A stretch of DNA of 58,497 nucleotides from Pseudomonadota bacterium (GTDB taxonomy: Bacteria > UBA10199 > 2-02-FULL-44-16 > JBDRGF01), in NCBI GenBank assembly GCA_043818055.1, contig JBDRGF010000002.1:1-58497 (forward strand), written 5' to 3'. A program made the translations under genes and the position numbers. This document shows, piece after piece, positions 28,028 to 38,140 of the stretch. How positions within the stretch are numbered: the first letter of the stretch is position 1; each line of letters begins with the position of its first letter. The notes under the pieces were generated by a model. It had not been told where the DNA came from. It worked only from the letters and a program-made list of their open reading frames with translations, and did no database searches.

Positions 28028-28828
28028 ATGCAATCTGACAATCGTCCCATAGGTATTTTCGATTCTGGCATCGGTGGACTTACTGTCTTCAAAGCTATAA
28101 GGGAGGCATTGCCCAAAGAGTCGCTGATTTATCTGGGAGATACTGCGAGGCTTCCCTACGGAACAAAGAGCGAAGAGACAGTCACGCGCTATGCCATTCA
28201 AAATGCAAACTTTCTGATAAAAAGAGATGTCAAAGCGATAGTCGTCGCGTGCAATACCGCCTCCGCGTATGCCCTCTCGAAATTGCGAAGCACAGTCGGT
28301 GTTCCGGTGCTGGGCGTTGTTGAGCCGGGTTCAAAAGAGGGTACAAAAGCGACGAAGAACAAGAGGATCGGCGTGATAGCCACGGCGGCAACTGTGGAGA
28401 GCCGGGCATATCATGTTGCAATACAGAATATCGATCCGGAAATTGTTGTGCAGAGCAAGTCGTGTGGCCTTTTCGTCCCCATAGTTGAAGAGGGGATGGA
28501 AGAGAGTCACATTGCAAGGCTCGCCGTTGAAGAGTATTTGAGGGAGCTGTGCGATTCAGGCATCGACACATTGGTGCTCGGCTGTACTCATTACCCCCTT
28601 CTCAAGGGGATGATCTCTGAGATGTTCGGAGAAAAGATAATGCTTGTGGATTCTGCTTTTGCAACGGCCCGTGAGCTAAATGAGATGTTCGTGAGCGGAA
28701 AACTTCTCTCTTCGGAGTGTGAAACTTCAGATGTCATATGTGTTACCGATCTGACAACTCATTTTGAAATGGTCGCAAAACGCCTTCTTGGAAAACCCCA
28801 CCAAAAGCTTACCAAAGTTGATCTGTAG
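28028..28828 (+). CDS. murI: glutamate racemase
   Basis: FDSGIGG, GDTARLPYG, VACNTAS, LGCTHYP. Confidence 0.97.
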   Translation: MQSDNRPIGIFDSGIGGLTVFKAIREALPKESLIYLGDTARLPYGTKSEETVTRYAIQNANFLIKRDVKAIVVACNTASAYALSKLRSTVGVPVLGVVEPGSKEGTKATKNKRIGVIATAATVESRAYHVAIQNIDPEIVVQSKSCGLFVPIVEEGMEESHIARLAVEEYLRELCDSGIDTLVLGCTHYPLLKGMISEMFGEKIMLVDSAFATARELNEMFVSGKLLSSECETSDVICVTDLTTHFEMVAKRLLGKPHQKLTKVDL

Positions 28829-28912
28829 CGTTTTAAAATCATCAAACTTGTCCACTTGCATTTTGAATGAGTTGGGATATAGTCGCCCACCTATAAGAAA
28901 TTATCCAATGAT

Positions 28913-29037
28913 TAACGCTGTGTGCGGGTTTTTCTCGTAACATATTGATTTTTGTAGGGGCGAACCCATGTGTTCGCCCGCAATCTTTCCGGGCAGACAC
29001 GTGGGTCTGCCCCTACAAAAACTCGCACGCAGCGTTA
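28913..29037. repeat. GTAG-type REP doublet (REPIN, 28954-29016) nested inside a longer inverted repeat
   Basis: GTAGGGGCGAACCCATGTGTTCGCCC ... GGGCAGACACGTGGGTCTGCCCCTAC; outer arms taacgctgtgtgcgggttttt / aaaaactcgcacgcagcgtta. Confidence 0.85.
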
Positions 29038-29063
29038 GATATACTTAGTTAAGAGGAGCCTTA

Positions 29064-30365
29064 ATGAAGATAACAAAAATGTTGGCATTAGGAATTTCTG
29101 TGTTTTGCTTTTTAATATCACAGAGTGCTTTCAGCCTCACGGACAAAGGGTTCGAGAAACTCTATCTCTTCACCAAGTCTTTAAAGTATCTGGAAGATCA
29201 TTACGTTGAAGAGGTCGATGAGGAGGCTCTTGTGGAGGGGGCGATATCCGGGATGCTTGATACGCTGGATCCCCATTCCTCTTATTTAAGCCCCGAGGTT
29301 TACAAGGAGCTAAAGGCAGGTACTGGAGGAAAGTTCGATGGCATAGGTGTTGAGGTAGCCGTTCGCAATAAACAGCTCACGGTGATCGCTCCTTTGAAGG
29401 GTTCTCCAGCAGAGAAAGCCGGTTTGAAGACGGGGGATATAATCCTGCGCATCGATAATGAGAATACGAGGAATATGAGTCTGCAGGAATCGGCTAGGAT
29501 GATGCGTGGAAAGAGGGGAACAAATCTAAAATTAACCATCGCGCGCGAGGGGGTAAAAAAGCCTTTTGATGTGAACGTCACAAGGCAGAAGATAGTCGTC
29601 GAAAGCGTGACTTGGGAGAGAATTGATGATTATGGGATTATCACAGTTGCGAGTTTTCAGGATGGCACCTCTCAGGATGTGAGAAAGGCCCTGAAGAGTT
29701 TGCAGAAGGATAAACCGATAAAGGGTTTGATACTTGATCTCAGGCGAAATCCGGGTGGACTGTTGCAGGAGTCTGTTAAGGTTTCGGGTATATTTTTAAA
29801 TAGCGGCGTTATTGTGACGAGCTCCGCACGTGGAAAGGAGATCGACAAAAGGGTCGCAACCCCCGAAAATACCGAGCCCGATTATCCCATGATAATTTTG
29901 ATCGATGGTGGATCCGCTTCTGCCTCGGAGATTGTGGCAGGCGCCCTTCAGGATAATAAGAGGGCTGTGATTTTGGGTGAGAGATCTTTTGGAAAGGGGT
30001 CTTTGCAGACGGTCTTCGATCTCGATGATGGTTCCGCGCTCAAAATAACTGTTGCGAAATACTATACCCCCTCCGGTCGCTCTATTCAGGCCCTTGGGAT
30101 AGAGCCTGATATCGATGTTCCTGCTTATTCGCCCGAGACGATAAAGCGGAGGCATCTGAGGGAGAGCGATCTCTCCCAACATCTGGATGCTGAAGCGGGT
30201 GAGGCTCACACGAAGAAAATCGAATTGACAGATCATCAAAAAGAGGTAGCACTCGCCTATCTGAAGAGCTGGGGTGTTTTTATGAAGGACCAAAAGGCGC
30301 AGAAAAAAGATAAAAATACCAAAAACAACAATAAAAAAATGAAACAGTCCGATGCAATAAAATAG
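29064..30365 (+). CDS. ctpA: carboxyl-terminal processing protease (S41A, PDZ)
   Basis: LDPHS, GIG, PDZ, LDLRRNPGGLL, SASASEIVAGALQD, FGKGS, KYYTPSG. Confidence 0.95.
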   Translation: MKITKMLALGISVFCFLISQSAFSLTDKGFEKLYLFTKSLKYLEDHYVEEVDEEALVEGAISGMLDTLDPHSSYLSPEVYKELKAGTGGKFDGIGVEVAVRNKQLTVIAPLKGSPAEKAGLKTGDIILRIDNENTRNMSLQESARMMRGKRGTNLKLTIAREGVKKPFDVNVTRQKIVVESVTWERIDDYGIITVASFQDGTSQDVRKALKSLQKDKPIKGLILDLRRNPGGLLQESVKVSGIFLNSGVIVTSSARGKEIDKRVATPENTEPDYPMIILIDGGSASASEIVAGALQDNKRAVILGERSFGKGSLQTVFDLDDGSALKITVAKYYTPSGRSIQALGIEPDIDVPAYSPETIKRRHLRESDLSQHLDAEAGEAHTKKIELTDHQKEVALAYLKSWGVFMKDQKAQKKDKNTKNNNKKMKQSDAIK

Positions 30366-30388
30366 ATTTTTCGAAAGGAGATAGTCTT

Positions 30389-31444
30389 ATGAGTGAAGCT
30401 TTGAAAAGGGTCGGCGTGTTAACAGGTGGTGGAGATTGTCCGGGGCTAAACGCTGTAATTCGTGCGGTTGTCAGAAGGGCGATCAAACATGGTGGATATG
30501 AAATCGTCGGCATCAGGCACGGATGGAGAGGCGTTTTAGAAATGGACACCATGCCTCTGACAAGGGCAGATGTGCGGGGAATACTTCATAGGGGAGGAAC
30601 CATCATCGGAACGAGCCGGACTAATCTTTTTAAAGATGAGGAATCCAAGAAGAAGGCGCTTTCCAATCTCAATAATCTCAATTTGCACGGATTGATAGCA
30701 ATCGGTGGTGAGGATACGCTCGGCGTGGCAAAGCAGCTCTATGATAACAAGATCAATATCGTCGGTATTCCCAAGACGATCGATAACGATCTTCTAGGTA
30801 CCGACTATACATTCGGTTTCGATACAGCTGTCCAAATCGCAACCGATGCGGTCGACAGGCTTCACACGACCGCGGAATCACATAACCGAGTTCTGGTCTG
30901 CGAGGTTATGGGAAGGCACGCGGGTTGGATAGCCACATTTTCCGGCATCGCAGGTGGCGCCGATGTTATTCTGATTCCGGAAAAGCCGATCGATATCGAT
31001 GAAGTCTGCGAAGTTATTTGGAGCCGTCATAATAAGGGTGTGTATTTCAGCATAGTTGTTGTGGCTGAAGGTGCTAAGATTGCGGTGAAGGGTGAAGAGA
31101 AGGAAGTTCTCTCTTCAGATAAGAAGGATGAATTCGGACATGTGCAGTTAGGTGGCATTGGAGACATTTTGGCAAAGATGATACGCGATAAGACAGGGTA
31201 TGATACACGAGTAACTGTGCTCGGGCATGTACAGCGCGGTGGAACACCTACTGCGCATGACAGGGTGTTGGCAACACGCTATGGCGTAGCGGCTATGGAC
31301 GCTGTTCACGAAGGGAATTTTGGTAAGATGGTGGCGCTGCATGGCAATGATATCGTCTGCGTTCCGCTCTCCACTGTTTCCAAAGGTACAAAGGATGTGG
31401 ATGAAGGGATATACGAAATGAGCAAAACTTTTTGGGCATATTAA
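30389..31444 (+). CDS. pfkA: 6-phosphofructokinase (group III-like, GGEDT)
   Basis: TGGGDCPGLN, GGEDT, PKTIDND, EVMGRHAGWIA, LGHVQRGG. Confidence 0.95.
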   Translation: MSEALKRVGVLTGGGDCPGLNAVIRAVVRRAIKHGGYEIVGIRHGWRGVLEMDTMPLTRADVRGILHRGGTIIGTSRTNLFKDEESKKKALSNLNNLNLHGLIAIGGEDTLGVAKQLYDNKINIVGIPKTIDNDLLGTDYTFGFDTAVQIATDAVDRLHTTAESHNRVLVCEVMGRHAGWIATFSGIAGGADVILIPEKPIDIDEVCEVIWSRHNKGVYFSIVVVAEGAKIAVKGEEKEVLSSDKKDEFGHVQLGGIGDILAKMIRDKTGYDTRVTVLGHVQRGGTPTAHDRVLATRYGVAAMDAVHEGNFGKMVALHGNDIVCVPLSTVSKGTKDVDEGIYEMSKTFWAY

Positions 31445-31496
31445 ACAAGTTATAAGTTATAAGCTGTAAGTTTTAAGTTAAAGCAAAGGCGAAAAG

Positions 31497-32534
31497 ATGA
31501 AGGCCGTTAGGAAAGTTGAAGCGGGATTTGGGGCGAAGGTTGTTGATGTCGACATTCCCAAACTCTCATCCCATCAGGTGTTAGTGAAGGTCAGGGCTGC
31601 GTCGATCTGCGGGACGGATGGTCACATCTATCGCTGGAATGAATGGGCAGCGGGGAGAATCAAACCGCCACTAACTTTCGGCCATGAATTTTCAGGTGAG
31701 GTAGTAGAAGTGGGAAATCAGGTCGAGCGAATCAAAGTAGGTGATAACGCCTCGGCGGAAACCCATATTCCCTGTATGGGTTGCAAACAGTGTCGCACAG
31801 GTAGGATGCATATTTGCCAGAACGTCTCAATCTTGGGTGTGGATAGGGATGGATGTTTTGCGGAATATGTTGCTCTTCCCGAGATATGCTGTCTTGTGAA
31901 TAATAAAGTTTTATCGTGGGAAGTCGCGTCGCTGCAGGAGCCTCTTGGCAATGCCGTCTATTCTGTAAGAACAGCCGATGTCTCCGCGAAGAGCGTAGTT
32001 ATCTTCGGTGATGGCCCGATTGGAATATTTGCCACAGCTATATCGCGTCTTTTCGGTGCTACAAAAATTATAGTAGTTGGAATGCAGCAGTACAGGCTTG
32101 AGATTATTAAAAAGTACAATCCTGATCTTGTCATCAATGCAAGAGATGAAAATCCAATTGAGATTATAGAGCAGGCGACAAAAGGTGAAGGAGTCGATGT
32201 AGTTTTGGAGATGAGTGGAGCTGAAGATGCCTTTCATCAGGGGTTGAAAGTCTTGTCGAGGGGTGGAAAATTCATAGCCTTTGGCATCCCCTCAAAGCCG
32301 ATACATCTAAATGTCGCAGATGAACTCATTTTTAAAGGTGTCGACATGATAGCCATCAACGGTCGGAAGATGTTCGAGACATGGTACGAAGTTGCGAATC
32401 TTTTGAACTCCGACAGGCTCGATATCAAGCCGGTCATCACACATACTTTCAAACTCGATGAAATCGACGAAGCGATGAAGCTTTTGACGGGAAAAGAGAT
32501 AAAGGCGGGAAAAATCATTCTTAAAACATCGTGA
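31497..32534 (+). CDS. tdh: L-threonine 3-dehydrogenase
   Basis: [31 protein letters not shown]; adjacent to kbl. Confidence 0.93.
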   Translation: MKAVRKVEAGFGAKVVDVDIPKLSSHQVLVKVRAASICGTDGHIYRWNEWAAGRIKPPLTFGHEFSGEVVEVGNQVERIKVGDNASAETHIPCMGCKQCRTGRMHICQNVSILGVDRDGCFAEYVALPEICCLVNNKVLSWEVASLQEPLGNAVYSVRTADVSAKSVVIFGDGPIGIFATAISRLFGATKIIVVGMQQYRLEIIKKYNPDLVINARDENPIEIIEQATKGEGVDVVLEMSGAEDAFHQGLKVLSRGGKFIAFGIPSKPIHLNVADELIFKGVDMIAINGRKMFETWYEVANLLNSDRLDIKPVITHTFKLDEIDEAMKLLTGKEIKAGKIILKTS

Positions 32535-32592
32535 AGCGTCCCACGTGAAACGTGAAGCGAAAGAATTAAAATACGCTTTGCGAGAGGTTACA

Positions 32593-33783
32593 ATGTATTT
32601 TGATCTCCAAAAAATATTGAAATCTGAACTTGAAGAGATTAAGTCTGCCGGGCTTTTCAAGGAGGAGTGGGAGATTCTTTCCCCCCAGAGTTCTGAGATA
32701 AAGGTGAAGCAGGGCACCGTCATAAATTTCTGCGCTAACAATTATCTTGGTTTGGCCAACAACAAAGAAATCATCGAAGCAGTCAAACAGTCGCTTCATG
32801 ATTACGGTTTTGGAACTGCTTCAGTCCGTTTTATCTGCGGGACATTCGACATCCATCGAAAGACCGAGGAGGCGATCAGCCGCTTTTTGAATAAAGAGGC
32901 TGCGATACTCTATTCCTCCTGCTATGAAGCCAACGAGGGATTGTTTGAGACGATTCTCACAGATAAGGATGCAATAATCTCCGATCAGCTCAATCACGCC
33001 TCTATCATCGATGGTGTCAGACTGTGCAAGGCGATGCGTTTTCGTTACGCAAATTCCGATATGAACGATCTCGAAGCGAAGTTGAAGGAGGCCGACTCAA
33101 AAGGCTCAAGGCTAAAATTGATCGCGACTGATGGTGTATTTTCCATGGATGGCTATATAGCAAAGCTTGATTCGATCTGCGATCTCGCTGAAAAATACAA
33201 CGCGCTCGTGATGGTTGATGATTCTCACGCGACGGGATTTGTTGGAAAAACCGGGCGTGGAACACCTGAGCTGTGCGGAGTCATGGATAGAGTTGATATA
33301 ATAACGAGTACCATGGGAAAGGCGCTAGGTGGAGCTGCTGGAGGATTCACAGCTGGTCGCAAAGAGTTGATAGATTTTCTCCGCCAGAGATCTCGGCCAT
33401 ATCTTTTTTCCAATGCCCTTCCTCCACTCATCTGCGCAGCCACATCGAAGGTGCTGGATCTTCTGGAAAAGGATACATCATTGAGAGATCGCCTGGAGGA
33501 GAATACCATCTATTTCAGGGATTCACTGCAAGCTTCCGGTTTGAAAATATTAAGTGGGACACATCCCATCGTTCCTATAATGTTTGGTGATGCGAAGCTC
33601 GCTGCCGATATAGCCTCTGACATGCTCAAAGAGGGTGTCTACGTTAAAGGTTTTTCTTTTCCTGTTGTCCCCAAAGGAGAAGCGAGAATTCGTTGTCAGG
33701 TGAGCGCGGCTCATACAAAAAAACAGCTGGACAAGACGCTGGAATCATTTGTAAAGGTCTCAAAAAAGCATGGAGTGATTTGA
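32593..33783 (+). CDS. kbl: glycine C-acetyltransferase (2-amino-3-ketobutyrate CoA ligase)
   Basis: [50 protein letters not shown]; start at ATG 32593. Confidence 0.96.
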   Translation: MYFDLQKILKSELEEIKSAGLFKEEWEILSPQSSEIKVKQGTVINFCANNYLGLANNKEIIEAVKQSLHDYGFGTASVRFICGTFDIHRKTEEAISRFLNKEAAILYSSCYEANEGLFETILTDKDAIISDQLNHASIIDGVRLCKAMRFRYANSDMNDLEAKLKEADSKGSRLKLIATDGVFSMDGYIAKLDSICDLAEKYNALVMVDDSHATGFVGKTGRGTPELCGVMDRVDIITSTMGKALGGAAGGFTAGRKELIDFLRQRSRPYLFSNALPPLICAATSKVLDLLEKDTSLRDRLEENTIYFRDSLQASGLKILSGTHPIVPIMFGDAKLAADIASDMLKEGVYVKGFSFPVVPKGEARIRCQVSAAHTKKQLDKTLESFVKVSKKHGVI

Positions 33784-33784
33784 A

Positions 33785-34813
33785 ATGAGTTCAAAATACT
33801 TACGTCGCGCCCTTCAGTTAGTCTTTGTGTCCTTGGGCGCTTTTATTTTTATATCCCTCGTGAAGAAGATCGGCTGGCAGGATATTCTTAATAACCTCCT
33901 GCGCCTCAACTGGTGGTTCTTGCCGGTGTTTGTTTTGAGCTTCACATGGTACTGGTTGTACACGAAGGGCTGGGAGCAGCTCTTAAAGCCATTTAGCGGG
34001 ACTCTCTCCACATTCGCGCTCTTCAGGGCAAAGGTTGCGGGGGAGTCGATAAACTCTCTAAACCCTGTGAATTTCATGGTAGGCGATCCTTTCAGGGTTT
34101 ATCTCCTCAAACGCAATTTCCCCGTCAAAGAGGGGGCAGCCTCGGTGATCGTCGACAGGACGATTCACAGCATGTCGATTCTCTTCGTAATCCTCATCGG
34201 CATCGCAGTCGGTTTTCCTGTATTAGATTTTTTGCCTCATAATATTCAGAGGGGAGTGCCAGTTTTTATAATAGCAATGACAATCTTGCTTGCCCTCGTC
34301 CTGATCTTTCTTCGGAGAGGCCTTTTTGTTTTGCCATTTAAGTTGATGCTCAAATTGAATATCAAAATTGAATTTGCCCACAAGACGTTGTTGCATATGG
34401 AAGAGCTCGACGAGAAGATCAAAAGCTTTTACAACATCAATAAGGGTGGTTTCTTTATTGCTCTCATTTATCATTTTGTGGGGAGATTTTTGGGGATATT
34501 TGAGATCTTCATCTTCGGCCATGCTATAACCGCAGAGTTTACATTGCGGATGGCCATCCTTCTTGGAGCTCTCGGTCCGATAGTGAACGCATGCTTCGCT
34601 TTTCTTCCCGGCGCATTGGGTGCTATGGAAGGGGCTTACGGAGGACTGCTCTATATATTAGGCCTCGATCCGGCAGTGGGAGTCGCTATACAGATCGGAA
34701 GAAGGATAAGGGCGGCCTTTTGGACTTTGGTCGGAATCATATTTATCAAAATGCATCGCCATGCGGTGAAAGTCTTGAATCATTCCTGTGCAGAGGTCAA
34801 AAGTGAAAGATAA
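33785..34813 (+). CDS. lysylphosphatidylglycerol synthase TM-domain / UPF0104 flippase-like membrane protein
   Basis: Multi-TM; GDPFRVYLL, ASVIVDR, PGALGAMEG, RRIR motifs. Confidence 0.85.
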   Translation: MSSKYLRRALQLVFVSLGAFIFISLVKKIGWQDILNNLLRLNWWFLPVFVLSFTWYWLYTKGWEQLLKPFSGTLSTFALFRAKVAGESINSLNPVNFMVGDPFRVYLLKRNFPVKEGAASVIVDRTIHSMSILFVILIGIAVGFPVLDFLPHNIQRGVPVFIIAMTILLALVLIFLRRGLFVLPFKLMLKLNIKIEFAHKTLLHMEELDEKIKSFYNINKGGFFIALIYHFVGRFLGIFEIFIFGHAITAEFTLRMAILLGALGPIVNACFAFLPGALGAMEGAYGGLLYILGLDPAVGVAIQIGRRIRAAFWTLVGIIFIKMHRHAVKVLNHSCAEVKSER

Positions 34814-35882
34814 CACGAAGAAAAAGGGGCGTTTTGAAATTGTGAGCAAGATGCTGATGAGATTCGTGTGTGCAAAGCCTCTTCTCTTTAATCTCAACGT
34901 GAATGTGACGACGCGCTGCAATCAGGCATGTCCCATGTGCAACGCGGTTCTGGAAGAGCAGCAGGGCGACACTCTCACGCTTGATAAATTTAAAGAACTA
35001 TTAAAGGCTTTTGAAGGCGTTCCAATTCCAAGTGTGACACTCTCAGGTGGAGAGCCGACTTTAGCACCTGAATTTCCAAAGATAGTTGAATTCTGTGCTC
35101 AAAATTTTCCGTTCGGCGTTGGGATGGTGTCGAACTTTTACATGAGGGGTGAGAAATTTAAAACTGCGCTCGATGCTGCACTAAAGAATGATATTCGCGT
35201 AGCGTGCTCGTTTGACGGTTTTGGCGAAGTGGCAAAAAAACAGAGGGGTGTGAAAAATTCAGAGGTCTCTCTTGTCGAAAATATTGAATGGGTGACGAAT
35301 AGAAAAAAGGAGTTGAAATCAAAATCCAAACTCGTCATCAATACAGTGGTCAGCGATCAGAATGTCCAACAGGTTCACGATATCTTAAACGTTGCCAGGA
35401 AATTTGGATGGATTTCACGCCTCTCCTGCGCGAATCAGTTTTTCTATCAAGGGGATAATCCTGATCTGCCTACGTTGTCTGATACGCAAAATTTAGCCGA
35501 TTTGATAAAAAGTGTTTTGGATGAGCAGACGATAGAACAAAACAGGGATTACCTGCGCGGCATTCCTGTTTTTTCCAAAAGGGCTACGCCGAAGCTATGT
35601 CCCTATTTGAGATTTCCATTCAAATCAGCAAAGGTATTTTTAAATCCCAACGGCGACATACTCTTGTGCGACAGGACTCCAATAGGAAACGTTGCAAGAG
35701 AACACTTTGATCGCATCATGAGATCTCCAAAATATTATGAACATATAAGACGCTTTAAAGAATGCAAAGGCTGCTGGCTTCCATGCTTTGTGGAATCGAT
35801 TATACCGTTATCTCTTAGCGGACAGCTGAAGTTGAAGAGGATGTTCCGAAATCTTATTAAAACTCAATCAGGGAACACTTGA
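34788..35882 (+). CDS. radical SAM protein with SPASM/twitch domain
   Basis: CNQACPMC, SGGEP, SFDG, C-terminal C...C...CKGCWLPC; start uncertain (34788 or 34851). Confidence 0.88.
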   Translation: MQRSKVKDNTKKKGRFEIVSKMLMRFVCAKPLLFNLNVNVTTRCNQACPMCNAVLEEQQGDTLTLDKFKELLKAFEGVPIPSVTLSGGEPTLAPEFPKIVEFCAQNFPFGVGMVSNFYMRGEKFKTALDAALKNDIRVACSFDGFGEVAKKQRGVKNSEVSLVENIEWVTNRKKELKSKSKLVINTVVSDQNVQQVHDILNVARKFGWISRLSCANQFFYQGDNPDLPTLSDTQNLADLIKSVLDEQTIEQNRDYLRGIPVFSKRATPKLCPYLRFPFKSAKVFLNPNGDILLCDRTPIGNVAREHFDRIMRSPKYYEHIRRFKECKGCWLPCFVESIIPLSLSGQLKLKRMFRNLIKTQSGNT

Positions 35883-36302
35883 TTGTAGCCTTACTTCTAC
35901 AGGAATTTTTGAGACTTCCTTCCATTTATTATTTAATTTTACTTCAGTGATGAAGTAAAAATAACCGGAGCTTTGTTTCTTGATGGGGAGACCATTTAAT
36001 TTTATACGTGTTCTATAGCGTTGAGTGTTAGTCAAATCAACTTCCATATCTTTTTTTGAAATTATATCATCTGACGGAGATTTAATTTTCAATCTGGCGC
36101 TGTATTTTTTTCCCTTCGTGTTTAGGCCTTTATACCAAAGGCTGACAATTTCAATCTGGATAGGGAAAATTATTCCTTTTGCATCAGCGGGGATAGATGG
36201 CATCTGTATTGAAAGCTGTTCAAGGATGTCCAATGAAATATTGTTACTGTCTTTGTCGATAATGCTTTTTTGGCAGACGGTAGTCCATGCGTGTTCTATC
36301 AT
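35868..36302 (-). CDS. DUF6941-like hypothetical protein
   Basis: HAWTTVCQKSIIDKDSNNISL N-terminus and beta-rich ~140-aa body resemble DUF6941 (from recall). Confidence 0.6.
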   Translation of the reverse strand: MIEHAWTTVCQKSIIDKDSNNISLDILEQLSIQMPSIPADAKGIIFPIQIEIVSLWYKGLNTKGKKYSARLKIKSPSDDIISKKDMEVDLTNTQRYRTRIKLNGLPIKKQSSGYFYFITEVKLNNKWKEVSKIPVEVRLQSSVP

Positions 36303-36637
36303 CGATATTTCCCCCCTAATAATAGATTATTGCCAGTATTTTTTGTATTGTAACTGACATCAGATTTTAAATCGATATATCCAAGGTTGTTTTTTCTTGC
36401 TGTATTAAAAAACAGGATTAATGGAGCGCTGTTCTCTACTCCCGGAGAATTATCCTGTTCAATATCAATTTCCTTCCACTGTTTTCTTTTTATGCCTCGC
36501 GTTTTTAAAATAGAACTGCTGATTTTTTGGATTTGAAGCAATATGTCAAACTTTTCATAAACTGGTAATTGTGCTAGCATTTTGCGTCTTTTTCTTTTGA
36601 GAGATAAAATACTTTCTATTTGTTTATCGTGCTTCAT
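36299..36637 (-). CDS. small basic hypothetical protein
   Basis: Overlaps both neighbours (coupled operon); KRKRRKMLAQLPVYEK motif. Confidence 0.65.
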   Translation of the reverse strand: MKHDKQIESILSLKRKRRKMLAQLPVYEKFDILLQIQKISSSILKTRGIKRKQWKEIDIEQDNSPGVENSAPLILFFNTARKNNLGYIDLKSDVSYNTKNTGNNLLLGGKYR

Positions 36638-37133
36638 TGGTTATGTGTTTCCATTGTTTTGTGAGATTATATTTATTTAAAATACGTTTAAGCTCATCAA
36701 GATCAAATTCAATATTTTCTTCCAGCAGCTTTCCAATTCTCTCCCTGTCCTTAGGCCGATTGGTTTGAAGCATTATTGCTATCAGGTGTTCGAGGCTCAT
36801 AACCCTTATTTTTATATCTTCATATTTTTTCTCTAAAGCATTTTTGACCCCTTCTTCAACAAGTTCGTTGGAAGTTGAAAGGAATTGCACGGGAATTCCG
36901 TCAAAAACAATATGTTCTCGTTCAGGTTTCCATCCTTTTTTCTGGAGAAAATCATAGATAGGGCCTAAATCTATTAAATCAGTCTGTTTTGCGGTAAAAA
37001 GAATAAAAATATCAATATCGTATGTTGCAGCAGGTTCGGCGTAGAAAAGCAGGGCAGTGGCTCCTCCCAACGCATAGTTCTTGATAATTCCGGACTTTTT
37101 TAGATCGTTTACTGCTATAAATACGTTTCGCAT
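36624..37133 (-). CDS. nucleotidyltransferase (pol-beta superfamily, DUF6036/AbiEii-like)
   Basis: YALGGATA...TYDIDI (GG + DxD), C-terminal RPKD. Confidence 0.8.
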   Translation of the reverse strand: MRNVFIAVNDLKKSGIIKNYALGGATALLFYAEPAATYDIDIFILFTAKQTDLIDLGPIYDFLQKKGWKPEREHIVFDGIPVQFLSTSNELVEEGVKNALEKKYEDIKIRVMSLEHLIAIMLQTNRPKDRERIGKLLEENIEFDLDELKRILNKYNLTKQWKHITNEAR

Positions 37134-37180
37134 GGCCGAATCATCATAGGTCAGTACATGGTGGAAAACAATACAAAAAT

Positions 37181-38080
37181 TTAGGATAAAATAAGCTTTC
37201 TCACTGCCATCCCGCAGTTTGAACCAATCTCGTTTTCCCTCAGATCTCCAATAGAAACGATTACATCAAATCCATTGCTGATAAGTTTTCTGGAAATTTT
37301 CTCAACCCGATCTGATATCACATCATTCATTTCACTTGTCATGCAGTTTATTTGTGAATTCGAGGTTGGATTGACAGGTGTGATCTTGATGCAGAACTTT
37401 TTGGGGCTGAATGTATTACATAAAATTTCAGAATCCATTTTTGAATCCTTTGTCAGCGCGAAGTTGAGTGAAGCCTTTCTTTTATCTCCGCTGATAAATT
37501 TAGTTCCATATTCAGATATCTCTTTCAGGTTCCATTTCGGCGTTGGCATCAGATAGTCGCGCTCAACATCTGAAGTTGAATGAACTGAAAATTGCAGCTG
37601 AAATTCGTCAGAATAATACTCTCTTTTGATCTCTAAAAGCTTTTCAAACCAGTTGTTGCTTGCCTTAGGTGCGATTGTGGAGATGCAGGGAATTAAGTTT
37701 TTTGTGTCATAGAGAGTTGGCAGTTTTTTGAGAACTTCCAGAACAGCGGGGTTTAATGCCGGCTCGCCCATCCTTGCGAACTGTATTTTGAATTTTTTGC
37801 ATTTCTCAGGTTTTGTCGTTGAATTCTGAACGATAAAATCGATTTGTTTGAGCATTTCGTCGGCTGTTAAGTTACCATGGAACTCACTTCCCGCATCGCA
37901 GATGGGGCATTTTACAGGGCATCCAAATTGTGTCGATATGATGATGACCCACTTTTCAGTCAGCGGAAGATTTACATCCTTAGCAGAGACAAACTCCGCC
38001 ATGTAGCGTTCATCATCCCTGAATTTCGCCACAAAAACTTGAGCTAAATCCGCATCACCTTGTCGATGTAATATTTTCAT
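37181..38080 (-). CDS. RlmN/Cfr-like radical SAM enzyme (short, divergent)
   Basis: STQFGCPVKCPIC, RMGEP, LQFSVHS, C-terminal GSNCG; lacks RlmN N-terminal domain. Confidence 0.85.
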   Translation of the reverse strand: MKILHRQGDADLAQVFVAKFRDDERYMAEFVSAKDVNLPLTEKWVIIISTQFGCPVKCPICDAGSEFHGNLTADEMLKQIDFIVQNSTTKPEKCKKFKIQFARMGEPALNPAVLEVLKKLPTLYDTKNLIPCISTIAPKASNNWFEKLLEIKREYYSDEFQLQFSVHSTSDVERDYLMPTPKWNLKEISEYGTKFISGDKRKASLNFALTKDSKMDSEILCNTFSPKKFCIKITPVNPTSNSQINCMTSEMNDVISDRVEKISRKLISNGFDVIVSIGDLRENEIGSNCGMAVRKLILS

Positions 38081-38140
38081 GTTTCTAAGTGTTTGAGTGT
38101 AGAAGTGTTTAAGTAATTGAAAAAAAACTTAAACACTGGT

